From an uncultured Gaiellaceae bacterium (GTDB taxonomy: Bacteria > Actinomycetota > Thermoleophilia > Gaiellales > Gaiellaceae), in assembly GCA_963802865.1 (NCBI GenBank), contig CAWDKB010000010.1, positions 38,731 to 102,730 on the forward strand: a DNA stretch of 64,000 nt, given 5' to 3'. This document shows, in pieces, positions 1 to 11,052 of the stretch. The position numbers and the translations under genes were made by a program. Each line of letters starts with the position of its first letter. Positions within the stretch are counted from its first letter, which is position 1. Below the pieces are notes generated by a model. That model saw only the letters and a list, made by a program, of their open reading frames with translations. It made no database searches and had not been told where the DNA came from.

Positions 1-121
1 CGCCGGTGATCAGGCCGGTCCGAACGTCCTCGCTGGTGATCAGCTCACCCGAGTCCGCGCTCTCCTTCGAACGTGCGGAGCTGCGACTCCTCCGAGGGGG
101 CGTCCTCCGTGTCCCTGCCAT
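1..121 (-). CDS. partial CDS (first 40 codons) of an unknown protein that continues past the window start
   Basis: ATG at 121 with AAAGGAG 5 nt upstream. The frame stays open to the window edge (MAGTRRTPPRRSRSSARSKESADSGELITSEDVRTGLITG). Confidence 0.3.
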   Translation of the reverse strand, partial: MAGTRRTPPRRSRSSARSKESADSGELITSEDVRTGLITG

Positions 122-340
122 GGCGTCTCCTTTCGGATACCGCCCGCGAAGCCGCCATCACGATCTCCCCCTGCCTCGCGAGTGACGGTTGTTCTCTGAC
201 AGCGGATCGAGCCCGGCCGCAGCGGTCACGGACACCCCCGCCGTCGCGCCTATTAATACAAATGAGAGCGCGTCACGCCACACGGAGGCGAGACAGGTGC
301 GCGAGGCGACGAGCTCGTCGCCGCCCCGCGCGCACCGTGC

Positions 341-430
341 CTACCGCCGGCTGTACCCGACGCCGCCCGTAAGCAGCAGAACCAGCAGCACGATCAGCAA
401 GATCCAAGCCCATACCGGCACCGAAATCAC
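341..430 (-). CDS. possible 29-aa hydrophobic peptide (VISVPVWAWILLIVLLVLLLTGGVGYSRR)
   Basis: GTG start directly after GAAGGAGAG. It encodes a single transmembrane-like helix. It is too short for the ORF track. Confidence 0.2.
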   Translation of the reverse strand: MISVPVWAWILLIVLLVLLLTGGVGYSRR

Positions 431-512
431 CTCTCCTTCGGCTTCGACGACGTTCTGTCGTCCACGGTCTTACCCGCGTCGAGCGCGCGTCACACCTCGA
501 ACGACGAGTACG

Positions 513-768
513 TCAGAGAACGATGCGGAGAGCGAGGTGGAGCGGGCAGCCGGCACCGATGAGCGACCGCGCGGCCTGGAGGTCGGCTCCCGAGTCGACG
601 AGCAGCCACGCGTCCTCGTCGCCGAAGCCGAGCAATCGGAACTGGTCGTACCGCCAGCTCGCGACGCGCTGATCCTCGACGCGAGGGCGCTTCGGGCGTG
701 GGGATCTTCTCGGAGGCTGCCATGTCGTACATGCTGAAACGACGGGTATCGCCGGAGGTTGTTGGCAT
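513..768 (-). pseudogene. small conserved actinobacterial-type protein (..SWRYDQFRLLGFGDEDAWLLVDSGADLQAARSLIGAGCPLHLALRIVL), frame broken by a 1-nt indel as sequenced
   Basis: The protein-like C-terminal 50 aa is in a frame with no start codon. The ATG-containing N-terminal part (starts at 768, 732 or 723) is in the adjacent frame. The junction is near 682, and the length is 3n+1. Confidence 0.4.
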
Positions 769-842
769 TACGTAAGAACCGGTTGCGTCCCGGTTGCGGG
801 GACGACCTTTTCGCGGCGCGGCTGGCCCGTTAGAGTCGCCCG

Positions 843-1238
843 ATGGCCGACTACACGATCAAACGGCTGCACGATGTCGCCGACGTGCTCGGCGACTATC
901 CCGGCGAGATGCGGATGATGACGTCCGACCTCGAGGCGGAGCAGGTCGCCTTCACGCACAGGCGAATGCCGCAACACACGGGCGGGAAGGGCTCGTACGG
1001 GCATCGGCACAAGCAGCAGGAGGAGATCTACTACGTCGTCTCCGGAAAGCTCCAGTTCAAGCTCAACGACGACATCGTCGACGTCGAAGGCGGTACGGCG
1101 GTCCGGGTACCACCCGAGACCTGGCGCTCCGTCTGGAACGACGAGGAAGAGGACGCGGTCCTGATCATCGTCTCGAAGGTCGTCCCGGGCGGCTCACGCG
1201 ACGACGCCGAGTACCTCGAGAACTTCTGGCCCGAGTAG
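843..1238 (+). CDS. cupin domain protein
   Basis: 131-aa ORF with a cupin core (GHRHKQQEEIYYVVSGK...GTAVRVPP). Confidence 0.8.
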   Translation: MADYTIKRLHDVADVLGDYPGEMRMMTSDLEAEQVAFTHRRMPQHTGGKGSYGHRHKQQEEIYYVVSGKLQFKLNDDIVDVEGGTAVRVPPETWRSVWNDEEEDAVLIIVSKVVPGGSRDDAEYLENFWPE

Positions 1239-1248
1239 CCGGCGCTGT

Positions 1249-2173
1249 CTAGTCCCGCGGCCAGCGGAGGACTTCGGCGACAGGGCGGCGCCACTGCTGG
1301 CGTACGGCGGGGCCGCGAGGGCTGCCGCTGTACGCGATCGGATCGTTGTTCGCGAAGTGGACGTAGCCATCCTCGCCCCAGGTCCCGTCGAACGTCATCC
1401 AGGATGGACGCGTCGCCGTGATCGGGACGAGCCTCGGGCGAACCATCGTGCCGGCGCCCGTGTGGTCGACGAGCCGCAGCGCACGCACGACGTCGCGCAG
1501 CTCGCGCGGCCAGCAGCGCGGGTCGTGAGCGAACGTGCCCGGCGCGAAGTAGTTCGCGTGCGAGCCCAGCGCGACGTACACCAGCGGACGGGAACCGCGC
1601 TTCGGTGTGCGGTTCCACGCGCGCCGCGTTCCCGCACAGTGCTTCGAGAGCCCAACCTGCAGCGGCCGTCCGTCGGAGTCGAGGATCACGGTCACCGACT
1701 CCCAGTCCCCCTCGTGAACCTGCCAGACGTCACCCGCCGGAATCGTCGGGCTGTAGTCGTTGAACGGGTACCAGAGCCAGTACTGGAGGGCGATGCGCGT
1801 CGTCGTGCGCTGGGCAGCGCCGTAGACGACCGGCGCCGCCCATGCGCCGACTGCGCCTGGACGTAGCAATCGGCGGCCGCGATCCCGTCGACTGCGAGGC
1901 AGGGCTGCTGATCCAGGCGTAGAGCTCTGCCTCCCGACGGAAGCGGACCGTCGACCTTCTCCCAGCCCGAGGAGGTGCGCCGCTGGAGCTCGGCGTCCGC
2001 AAGAAAGCCGTCGACGGCCGACAGGGTCTGAATCGCTCGGCCGGATGCAGGATCAGGACCGGCGCGTGTCGCGCCAGGAGCGTCGTCAATCGCGGAGTCG
2101 ACTCGCCGGCGCCGAGGGGTACGAGCACGATCGCAACGCAGACACCGACAGCGATGAGTCGCCCGAGACGCAC
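1249..2173 (-). pseudogene. secreted Vps62-like protein, reading frame broken twice as sequenced
   Basis: The signal peptide plus LARHAPVLILHPAERFRP is in one frame. VSAVDGFLADAELQRR...DCYVQAQ is in a second frame. ALQYWLWYPFNDY...HEGDWESVTV is in a third frame (ORF 1249..1869). The shifts lie near 2025 and 1860. Confidence 0.55.
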
Positions 2174-2212
2174 GGCGCCCCGGAGTATGCGTCTGGGCGG
2201 ACCGATCGCGTA

Positions 2213-2513
2213 CTAGCGCCGCGCCCAGGCGGCGAGCGCGTCGAGCACGACGCTCAGGCGCTGGCCCTCGCTCGTCAGGACGTACTCGACGTGAGGAGGC
2301 CGTGAGTCGCGCACCTCACGTCGCAGGACGCCCGCTTTCTCGAGCTCGGTGAGCCGCTGCGCGAGCGTTCCTGGCGGGATCGTGCCGATGGCGTGCCGAA
2401 ACTCGGTGAACCGCGTGCATCCGTGGTGCGACGCGTACAGGATCGAGACGGCGTAGCGCCGCTCGAGGACGTCCGCCGCGCGACGGACGTCCTCGGGGAC
2501 CGGATCGCGGTGG

Positions 2514-2527
<14 letters not shown>
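2213..2527 (-). CDS. HxlR family transcriptional regulator
   Basis: The C-terminal ~100 aa of ORF 2213..2683 matches the HxlR winged helix (RYAVSILYASHHGCTRFTEFRHAI..PGTLAQRLTELEKAGVL). The in-frame GTG at 2527 gives the typical 104-aa size. The N-terminal remainder of the ORF overlaps lon. Confidence 0.8.
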
Positions 2528-4766
<2,239 letters not shown>

Positions 4767-4903
4767 GAGGTCCTCGAGGGGGACGAGCAGAAGGCGGATG
4801 GAGTTCTCGTTCTCGTTCTCGTCTCACGATTCTCGCTTTCGTACGGATGCCATAGTTAGTCCAGAAACTGTACCGTCCAGGTCAAGGTCTCTGCCGGAGC
4901 CGG

Positions 4904-5959
4904 TCAACCTTCGGTACGGCGGAGGCGCGCGAGGGCGACGGCCGCGACCCTCCCCGCAAGCGCATCCGAGCCCAAGCCGGCTCCGCTCGACTTCCACGTC
5001 ATGACGCCTGCGACGAAGACGCCACCGTTCCAGAAGACGAGACCGGTGTCGTGCCGCGCCGTCGAGATCCACCCGGCCTTGTGCAGCACCGCGACGCCAC
5101 GCTCACCGCGTGTGCCGCTGTCGAGCTTCGGGAGATCGCGTACATGTGCAGTCAGCCACAGCAAGTGGCGTGCGTCGGCTGGTGTCAGACCGGGCTGGGC
5201 CGAGCGAAGCGGCCCCGAGCCGGCCGACGCGAGCCAGAGCGCGCGCCAGAGCCGCGTCATGTCCCAGGCCGTCGTGTACTTGCCCACGCCGAATGCGGGC
5301 GCATCGTTCACCCGCGCCGGAATCGGTCCCGAGAGCGCGCGCGTCTCGTAGCCGCCGTACATCAGCGTGTCGGTCAGGCCGATCGACTCCATGAGCGCGT
5401 TCACACGGCTCCCGCCGGAGCTCGTCGAGCCCGCGAGCCAGACGAGCAGCGCATTGGCCGCCTCGTCGTCGGACGGCACGATCATCTCGCGCAGGAGCAC
5501 ACCGACCCGCGAGGCCGGCGGCGGGATACCGGAGTGCGACGCGAGCACCGCCACGGCGATGGCGAGCTTGACCGTCGACGCCGCCGGGAAGCGCGCCTTC
5601 GCGTTCCAGGCTGCCCCCGAGCCTCCGGTGAGGCTCTGGACGTAGTAGCCGGGCGTGCCCGAGTAGTCCCGCGCCAGCCCTCGCAGCTTGCGCGCGAGGA
5701 CGGGATCCACTCGCGAGGCGACGTGGCGCGGACGCCCGGCCGCAGGGAGGCCGAAGACGTCGTGGACATGGGCCGACGATCGACGTCCGCCCCGTCCGCT
5801 CGTGACGACGCGAACCGTCGCGTCCCCGACCGGAAGCATGACGCGGAGCGAGAACCGCCGGCCGCGAAGCGGCTTCGACGCGAGCCTCCGGCCGTTCGCG
5901 AGCACGACGACGCGTGTCGCGCCACGCGCAGCCCGTCCCGTGACGAGCCCGTACGACAC
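4904..5959 (-). CDS. class A beta-lactamase-like serine hydrolase
   Basis: Contains the motifs ASTVK (SxxK), SDDEAAN (SDN-like) and HKAGW (KTG-like). The N-terminus is uncertain. Confidence 0.7.
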   Translation of the reverse strand: MSYGLVTGRAARGATRVVVLANGRRLASKPLRGRRFSLRVMLPVGDATVRVVTSGRGGRRSSAHVHDVFGLPAAGRPRHVASRVDPVLARKLRGLARDYSGTPGYYVQSLTGGSGAAWNAKARFPAASTVKLAIAVAVLASHSGIPPPASRVGVLLREMIVPSDDEAANALLVWLAGSTSSGGSRVNALMESIGLTDTLMYGGYETRALSGPIPARVNDAPAFGVGKYTTAWDMTRLWRALWLASAGSGPLRSAQPGLTPADARHLLWLTAHVRDLPKLDSGTRGERGVAVLHKAGWISTARHDTGLVFWNGGVFVAGVMTWKSSGAGLGSDALAGRVAAVALARLRRTEG

Positions 5960-6041
5960 CTGATACGGAGCCGGCTGCTCGATTCGCAGGCGGTGGGAGC
6001 GGTGGAGCGTCGACCACGATCCCCACCTTAGACCGAGCCGC

Positions 6042-6329
6042 TCAGGACGCCGGGCAGGCCCTTTGCCGGCGGAGCGAGAGCGTGACGCGCAGGACGAGCA
6101 CAGCGCCCGCGACGCCCGCCAGGTCGACGAGGATCAGCGGCACGTCGCCGATCGCGACGCCGTATGCGAGCCAGATCGCATAACCCGCCAATGCCAGCAG
6201 CCGAACCGGAATCGAAACCTCGCAGGCACTCCCGAGCCTGGCCAGCCTGCGAGCCTGGAACAGCAACGACGTGGCCGCGATGAGCCCGATCACAGTTCCC
6301 GCGGTACCGAGGAATGTCGTGTCCTCCAT
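6042..6329 (-). CDS. SemiSWEET / PQ-loop-like small membrane protein
   Basis: 95 aa with three predicted transmembrane helices, and a WLAYG....D.PLI pattern typical of MtN3/PQ-loop halves. Confidence 0.45.
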   Translation of the reverse strand: MEDTTFLGTAGTVIGLIAATSLLFQARRLARLGSACEVSIPVRLLALAGYAIWLAYGVAIGDVPLILVDLAGVAGAVLVLRVTLSLRRQRACPAS

Positions 6330-6375
6330 GCCACAAGCCTGCCGAGTCGTGGCTCGTGCGCATCGGCAGGTCTAC

Positions 6376-7935
6376 CTATTTGTCGGACGACGAGATGAGA
6401 CCGTGTTCCATCGCGAAGAGTGCGAGCGCCGGCCGGCTCCTGACCCCGAGCTTGCCGTAGATGTGCTGGACGTGATGCTCGGCGGTTCGGCGCGAGATGA
6501 CGAGCTCCTGTGCGATGTCGGGATTCGAGAAGCCGACGGCTACGAGCCGGAGGACCTCGATCTCGCGCATGCTGAGGCCCCCGGGACGCAGGTCGTGCGG
6601 GCGCGGCCGCGCCTGGCCCGCCACCTCGACCACCGCGGCCACGCATTCGCCGTCCAGCGTCCCTGCACGCGCGTCCTGGACGAGCTGCTCGGCCGCCTGC
6701 TCGGCAGAGAATGCCGAGCGATACGGCCGCTCCTGGGTCATGGCCTGGAACGCATCGGCTGCGGCGAGCACGCGAACGGCGACCGGCTGGTCCCCCGCAC
6801 TCGAGCCCCGGTGGTATCCCGAGCCGTCGAGGCGCTCGTGGTGCATCCCGGCGAGCGGGGCCAGGTGCTCGAGGGTGTCCGAGGTCGCGAGAACTCGCTC
6901 CGAGTGGTACGGGTGCATGCGCACTAGCTCCCATTCGGCGGATGTCAGAGGTCCAGGCTTCTCCCAGATCACGTTGGTGACGGCGAGTCGCCCGAGGTCG
7001 TGCAGATGAGCCGCAACCTGGATGTCGGTCTCCGTGCGGCCGTCGAGACGCAAGCACCGTGCCGCGCCGCGCGCGAGCGCGGCGACGCCCGACGAGTGGC
7101 CGTGAAGACTCGGGAACTTCAGATCACCCACGTCGCCGAATACGGCTGCGATGAACGGGAGCTCGTCCAGCCTGCGCTCGTCGACAGGCTCGGGCTCCTC
7201 CTCCAGGAGGTGCGCACGGGGATCGCCGGTGCGATCGAGGATCTCGGACACATTCGCCGCGAACGTCTCGACGAGGCCGGGATCGAGGATCGAGGCGCGG
7301 CGCTTGCGCACGCCTTCGACGGCCAGTTCGGCGCCGCCGACATCTTCGAGAGCGACGGCATCCGCGGCGAGATGGGCGACCCGAGCAGCGGGAGCGATGG
7401 CGTCCTCGCGAAGTCTCTGCGGAGCGCCGCCGCCGTTCCACCACTCCGCAACCTCGTACAGAGCCCGCTCGACGCCCGGACCGATGCCGATCCGGCGAGC
7501 GACCCAGCTCCCGACCTCGCAGCTCGCCGTGTCGTACTGCTCGCCGAACGCCGGGCCGTCGCGGATCAGTCGCTCCGCGACACCTCGGCCCGTTGCCGCA
7601 GGGAGTCCCCGCGTCGCCTCCGGGATCAGGGTCGCCTCGTAGTCCGACGGGTCGGCCAGGTTCGTACGGGCGACCGCGCGCGTGAGAACGAGCTCGTTCC
7701 CGAAGAGTGCGGCGGTCTCGTGCGAGAAACCGGGACAGCCCACATGCAGCAATAGGCTCGCGAAGAAGCTGTTTCGGACGTCGTCCTCGGCAAGGCCGTG
7801 GGCACGGGCGAGCCGCGTCGCGGCGAGGCACGAGCGCATGGCCGACTCCGGGGGCAGACCGAAGCCGAAGTCGATCGCTATCGAAAGGCCGGCGAGCAGA
7901 TCAGCGAGCCGCACGCGAGCAGACACGCCGTCCAT
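6376..7935 (-). CDS. HD-GYP domain protein fused to a LuxR-type HTH
   Basis: Contains HLHDLGRLAV and GMHHERLDGSGYHRG (HD-GYP). The C-terminus is LSMREIEVLRLVAVGFSNPDIAQELVISRRTAEHHVQHIYGKLGV (LuxR/GerE). Confidence 0.8.
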   Translation of the reverse strand: MDGVSARVRLADLLAGLSIAIDFGFGLPPESAMRSCLAATRLARAHGLAEDDVRNSFFASLLLHVGCPGFSHETAALFGNELVLTRAVARTNLADPSDYEATLIPEATRGLPAATGRGVAERLIRDGPAFGEQYDTASCEVGSWVARRIGIGPGVERALYEVAEWWNGGGAPQRLREDAIAPAARVAHLAADAVALEDVGGAELAVEGVRKRRASILDPGLVETFAANVSEILDRTGDPRAHLLEEEPEPVDERRLDELPFIAAVFGDVGDLKFPSLHGHSSGVAALARGAARCLRLDGRTETDIQVAAHLHDLGRLAVTNVIWEKPGPLTSAEWELVRMHPYHSERVLATSDTLEHLAPLAGMHHERLDGSGYHRGSSAGDQPVAVRVLAAADAFQAMTQERPYRSAFSAEQAAEQLVQDARAGTLDGECVAAVVEVAGQARPRPHDLRPGGLSMREIEVLRLVAVGFSNPDIAQELVISRRTAEHHVQHIYGKLGVRSRPALALFAMEHGLISSSDK

Positions 7936-7978
7936 TCTCCACCGTTCCGGCTCCGCCCCGCGCTCTAGCCTTGCCCCC

Positions 7979-9055
7979 GTGGGCCGTCCGTCACCGCCGA
8001 TCCTGGCGCACCTTGACCTCGACGCCTTCTTCGCCGCAGTCGAGGAGCTCGAAGATCCGACGCTTCGCGAGAAGCCGCTCGTCGTCGGCGGCGACCCGCA
8101 TGGACGCGGTGTCGTCTCGACCGCGAACTACGTCGCGCGGAAGTTCGGCATCCACTCGGCGATGAGCGCCGCGGAAGCGCTCCGGCGCTGCCCTTCGGCC
8201 GTGTTCCTCCGTCCTCGACACGCCCTGTATCGGCAGTACTCACGTGTCGTGTGGGACGTCATCTCGGAGATCGTTCCGCGCGTCGAGCGAACGGGGATCG
8301 ACGAGGGCTACCTCGACCTCGGCACGGTCGCGAGCGACTTCACGGGCGCGCGAGCGGTTGCGTCCGCGATCCAGACCGCCGTGCGCGGCACGACGAGCCT
8401 GACGTGCTCGCTCGGCGTCGGCACGTCCAAGGTCGTGTGCAAGATCGCCTCCGACCGGCGCAAGCCCGGCGGCATCACGGTCGTGCCGGCCGGCTCCGAG
8501 GAACGCTTCCTCGCGCCGCTTCCGGTGCGCCTGCTCCCCGGCGTGGGTCCGCGCGCCGAGGAGCGCCTCCGGCGCGGCGGCGTCGAGACCATCGGCGCGC
8601 TCGCCGGCCTACCCGATCCGGACCTGAGAGCGCTTCTCCCGGGTTCGCTCGGACCCCTCCTGCGGAATCGCGCTCGCGGCGTCGATCCGCGCGACCTGGA
8701 ACTCGAGGTCGAGCAGGTCTCGGTGTCGGCCGAAGACACCTTCCCGCGCGACGTCACCGATCGAGCCGTGCTCCACAGCGAGGTGAACCGGCTCGCGGAG
8801 CTCGTCTCCGAGCGGCTTCAGAGCTCGGATCTCTCGGGTCGCACGGTCACCGCGAAGCTCCGTTACGGGGACTTCTCCATTCGCACGCGCTCGACGACGC
8901 TGGCCGCGGCCGTCGACGACGCCGAGGTGATCGGCGCCGTCGCACGCGGTCTCCTCGATCGCGGGCTGCGCGAGCGGCCCGGTGCGTTGCGGCTCGTCGG
9001 CGTCGGCGTCTCCAGCCTGTCGCCCTTTCGGCAACTGACGCTCGGCGAGTCGTAG
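7979..9055 (+). CDS. dinB: DNA polymerase IV
   Basis: Contains ILAHLDLDAFFAAVEELEDP...PLVVGG. The in-frame GTG at 7979 gives 358 aa; the longer ORF from 7682 overlaps the upstream gene. Confidence 0.9.
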   Translation: MGRPSPPILAHLDLDAFFAAVEELEDPTLREKPLVVGGDPHGRGVVSTANYVARKFGIHSAMSAAEALRRCPSAVFLRPRHALYRQYSRVVWDVISEIVPRVERTGIDEGYLDLGTVASDFTGARAVASAIQTAVRGTTSLTCSLGVGTSKVVCKIASDRRKPGGITVVPAGSEERFLAPLPVRLLPGVGPRAEERLRRGGVETIGALAGLPDPDLRALLPGSLGPLLRNRARGVDPRDLELEVEQVSVSAEDTFPRDVTDRAVLHSEVNRLAELVSERLQSSDLSGRTVTAKLRYGDFSIRTRSTTLAAAVDDAEVIGAVARGLLDRGLRERPGALRLVGVGVSSLSPFRQLTLGES

Positions 9056-9064
9056 AGTCTGCGC

Positions 9065-9787
9065 ATGCTCGAGGCGGCGTTCTGGGGTCTCGTGACCGCC
9101 GGCTCGCTCCTCGTCGGCGCCGCTATCGCGATCGTCGCAAGGCCGAGGCAGCGCTGGATCGGCCTCACCATGGCATTCGGTGCCGGTGCTCTGATCGCAG
9201 CCGTCGCATATGAGCTGGTGCTCGAAGCGTTCCAGGAGGATCCCGGCCTCACGGCAGTCGGCTTCACGAGCGGGACGCTGGTCTTCTACGCGGGAGACTG
9301 GGCGATCGACAGGATGGGGGGGCACGGCCGAAAGAGCATGGTCGGCGCGCCACAGCTCGCGGGGAGCGCGTACGCAATCGTGCTCGGGACCGTTCTCGAC
9401 GGGATCCCCGAGTCGTTCACCCTCGGCGCCTCCATCTTCGAGGACGGGACCGTTCCCGTCGCGGTCGTCGTCGGGGTGTTCGTCTCGAACGTCCCGGAAG
9501 CGCTGTCGGGGACTACCGGACTCCTCCAGGCCGGCTGGCCGCGCAATCGCGTGCTCGCGATGTGGAGCCTGGTCGTGCTGGTATCGGTCGCCGCTGCGGT
9601 CTTCGGCTGGCTCATCCTCGACACGGTCCCCGGCGCCAGCACGTTCTCCCTCGCGTTCGCGGGCGGGGCGCTGCTGGTGATGCTCGCGGACACGCTGATG
9701 CCCGAGGCGTTCGAGCTCGGCGGGCGCGAAGCCGGCCTCCTGACCGCGCTCGGCTTCGCTCTCGGCTTCTCGCTGTCGGCGTACTAG
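9065..9787 (+). CDS. ZIP family metal transporter
   Basis: 240 aa, multi-transmembrane, with the ZupT-like motif GIPESF..G and a C-terminal LLVMLADTLMPEAF. Confidence 0.85.
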   Translation: MLEAAFWGLVTAGSLLVGAAIAIVARPRQRWIGLTMAFGAGALIAAVAYELVLEAFQEDPGLTAVGFTSGTLVFYAGDWAIDRMGGHGRKSMVGAPQLAGSAYAIVLGTVLDGIPESFTLGASIFEDGTVPVAVVVGVFVSNVPEALSGTTGLLQAGWPRNRVLAMWSLVVLVSVAAAVFGWLILDTVPGASTFSLAFAGGALLVMLADTLMPEAFELGGREAGLLTALGFALGFSLSAY

Positions 9788-10635
9788 ACCCTGAGGAGCG
9801 GCCGAGTGAGGCACGTCGGGCCGCCGTCGCCCTTCTTCGAGATCTCGTCGCCGCGGTAGACGCTGACGTCGACCCCCGCGCGCTCCATGCGCCTGCGCGT
9901 CTCGGCGTTCCCCTCCAACGCGAGAGCGCGTCTCGGTCCGAGCGCGAGGACGTTCGGGCCCTGGGACTCGAGCTCCTCGTCGGGCACCTCGACGATCGCG
10001 ACGTCGTGCTCGCGCAGCAGCTCCACCAGCCGCACCGGTGCGATTCGCGGATACACCAGCGCGAGGTCGCGATCCAGCGGCGAGAGAAAGGACATCAGGT
10101 GCAGCACCTCGTTCCGGCCGTTCCAGTGCGGGAGGTCGAATGCGACCACATCGACGCCGGGGAACACAGCCTCGAGCGCCGGGATCGCAGCCGGGGTCGT
10201 GCGGTAGCCGATCCCGACGAGGAGCGTTCGCTCGTCCAGCCACACCGTGTCCCCACCCTCTGCGAACGCGGGTGTGGCGAGCTCGCCCACGATCGGTACG
10301 CCTGCGGCCTCGAGCGCGACGGCGATCGCCGCGGGCTCGCTCCGGCGCAGTTCCTTTCCGGGGCGCAGGAGCACGGCGCCGTCGCGGCCGACCAGAACCG
10401 GGTCGTGCACGTAGATCGCGTCCGGGTTGCCAGGATCGTGGCTAGACGCGACCACCTCGGCGCCTGCTGCTTCGAGAAGCGCGCACAGCGCCTCGTGCTC
10501 GGCCGTCGCCCGAGCGAGATCCGGTGCGGCGTGCCAGCCGTAGTCGCGCCAGTTGCGGATGTCCTCCGCGAGCGGTGGCCGCACGAGGACGCGTGCGAGC
10601 GAGCCGACCATCGACGCGGCGCCGAAGCCGTGCAC
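9784..10635 (-). CDS. amidinotransferase-fold enzyme (dimethylarginine dimethylaminohydrolase / arginine deiminase-like)
   Basis: 283 aa with DAIYVHDP, EGGD and a C-terminal GGGPTCLTRPL (catalytic Cys motif of the guanidino-modifying superfamily). Confidence 0.75.
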   Translation of the reverse strand: MHGFGAASMVGSLARVLVRPPLAEDIRNWRDYGWHAAPDLARATAEHEALCALLEAAGAEVVASSHDPGNPDAIYVHDPVLVGRDGAVLLRPGKELRRSEPAAIAVALEAAGVPIVGELATPAFAEGGDTVWLDERTLLVGIGYRTTPAAIPALEAVFPGVDVVAFDLPHWNGRNEVLHLMSFLSPLDRDLALVYPRIAPVRLVELLREHDVAIVEVPDEELESQGPNVLALGPRRALALEGNAETRRRMERAGVDVSVYRGDEISKKGDGGPTCLTRPLLRV

Positions 10636-10642
10636 GCACTCG

Positions 10643-11032
10643 TTACGGGTCGACGACGCGGGGACTGTGCGACGAGGAGTACACGTCCTTCCGCAGGATC
10701 AGCCCGTTCTCGAACGGAAAGATGTCGACACCGTCCCACTCGACTCGCTGTCCCTCGCGATTCGTCGCGCTCGCCCTCCATTCGCTGACCACCAGCCCGT
10801 CACGGACGTAGAGCCGGCGGCCGCTGAACGCCAGGTCGGGGTTGCGCTCGAAGATGCCGGCGAGATGCGGGCCGACGTCCTCGCCCTCGACCCGCTCGCC
10901 CGCGGTGTGGTTGTGGAACACCATTCCCGGCGCGTGGAACGAGAGGATGGTGTCGACGTCGTGCGCGTTCCAGGCGGCGTTGTAGCGCTCGATGACGTCC
11001 TCGAGCGCCGTTGCCGAGTCGCGTGAATTCAC
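10643..11032 (-). CDS. SnoaL-like (NTF2 fold) protein
   Basis: 129 aa starting with IERYNAAWNAHDVDTILSFHAPGMVFHNH. Confidence 0.7.
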   Translation of the reverse strand: MNSRDSATALEDVIERYNAAWNAHDVDTILSFHAPGMVFHNHTAGERVEGEDVGPHLAGIFERNPDLAFSGRRLYVRDGLVVSEWRASATNREGQRVEWDGVDIFPFENGLILRKDVYSSSHSPRVVDP

Positions 11033-11052
11033 GCGGGCGAGTATCGCAGCAC

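Noticed and set aside
189-737. 182-aa plus-strand ORF in the first kilobase
   Set aside because: The sequence is low-complexity and Ser/Arg/Pro-rich. It overlaps the better-supported minus-strand small genes, has no ribosome-binding site and has no recognisable domain.
4803-4820. (GTTCTC)x3 hexamer repeat in the lon 5' region
   Set aside because: It has only three units and encodes ENENEN in the lon frame upstream of the likely start. No known heat-shock operator (CIRCE or HAIR) matches it, so it is probably fortuitous.
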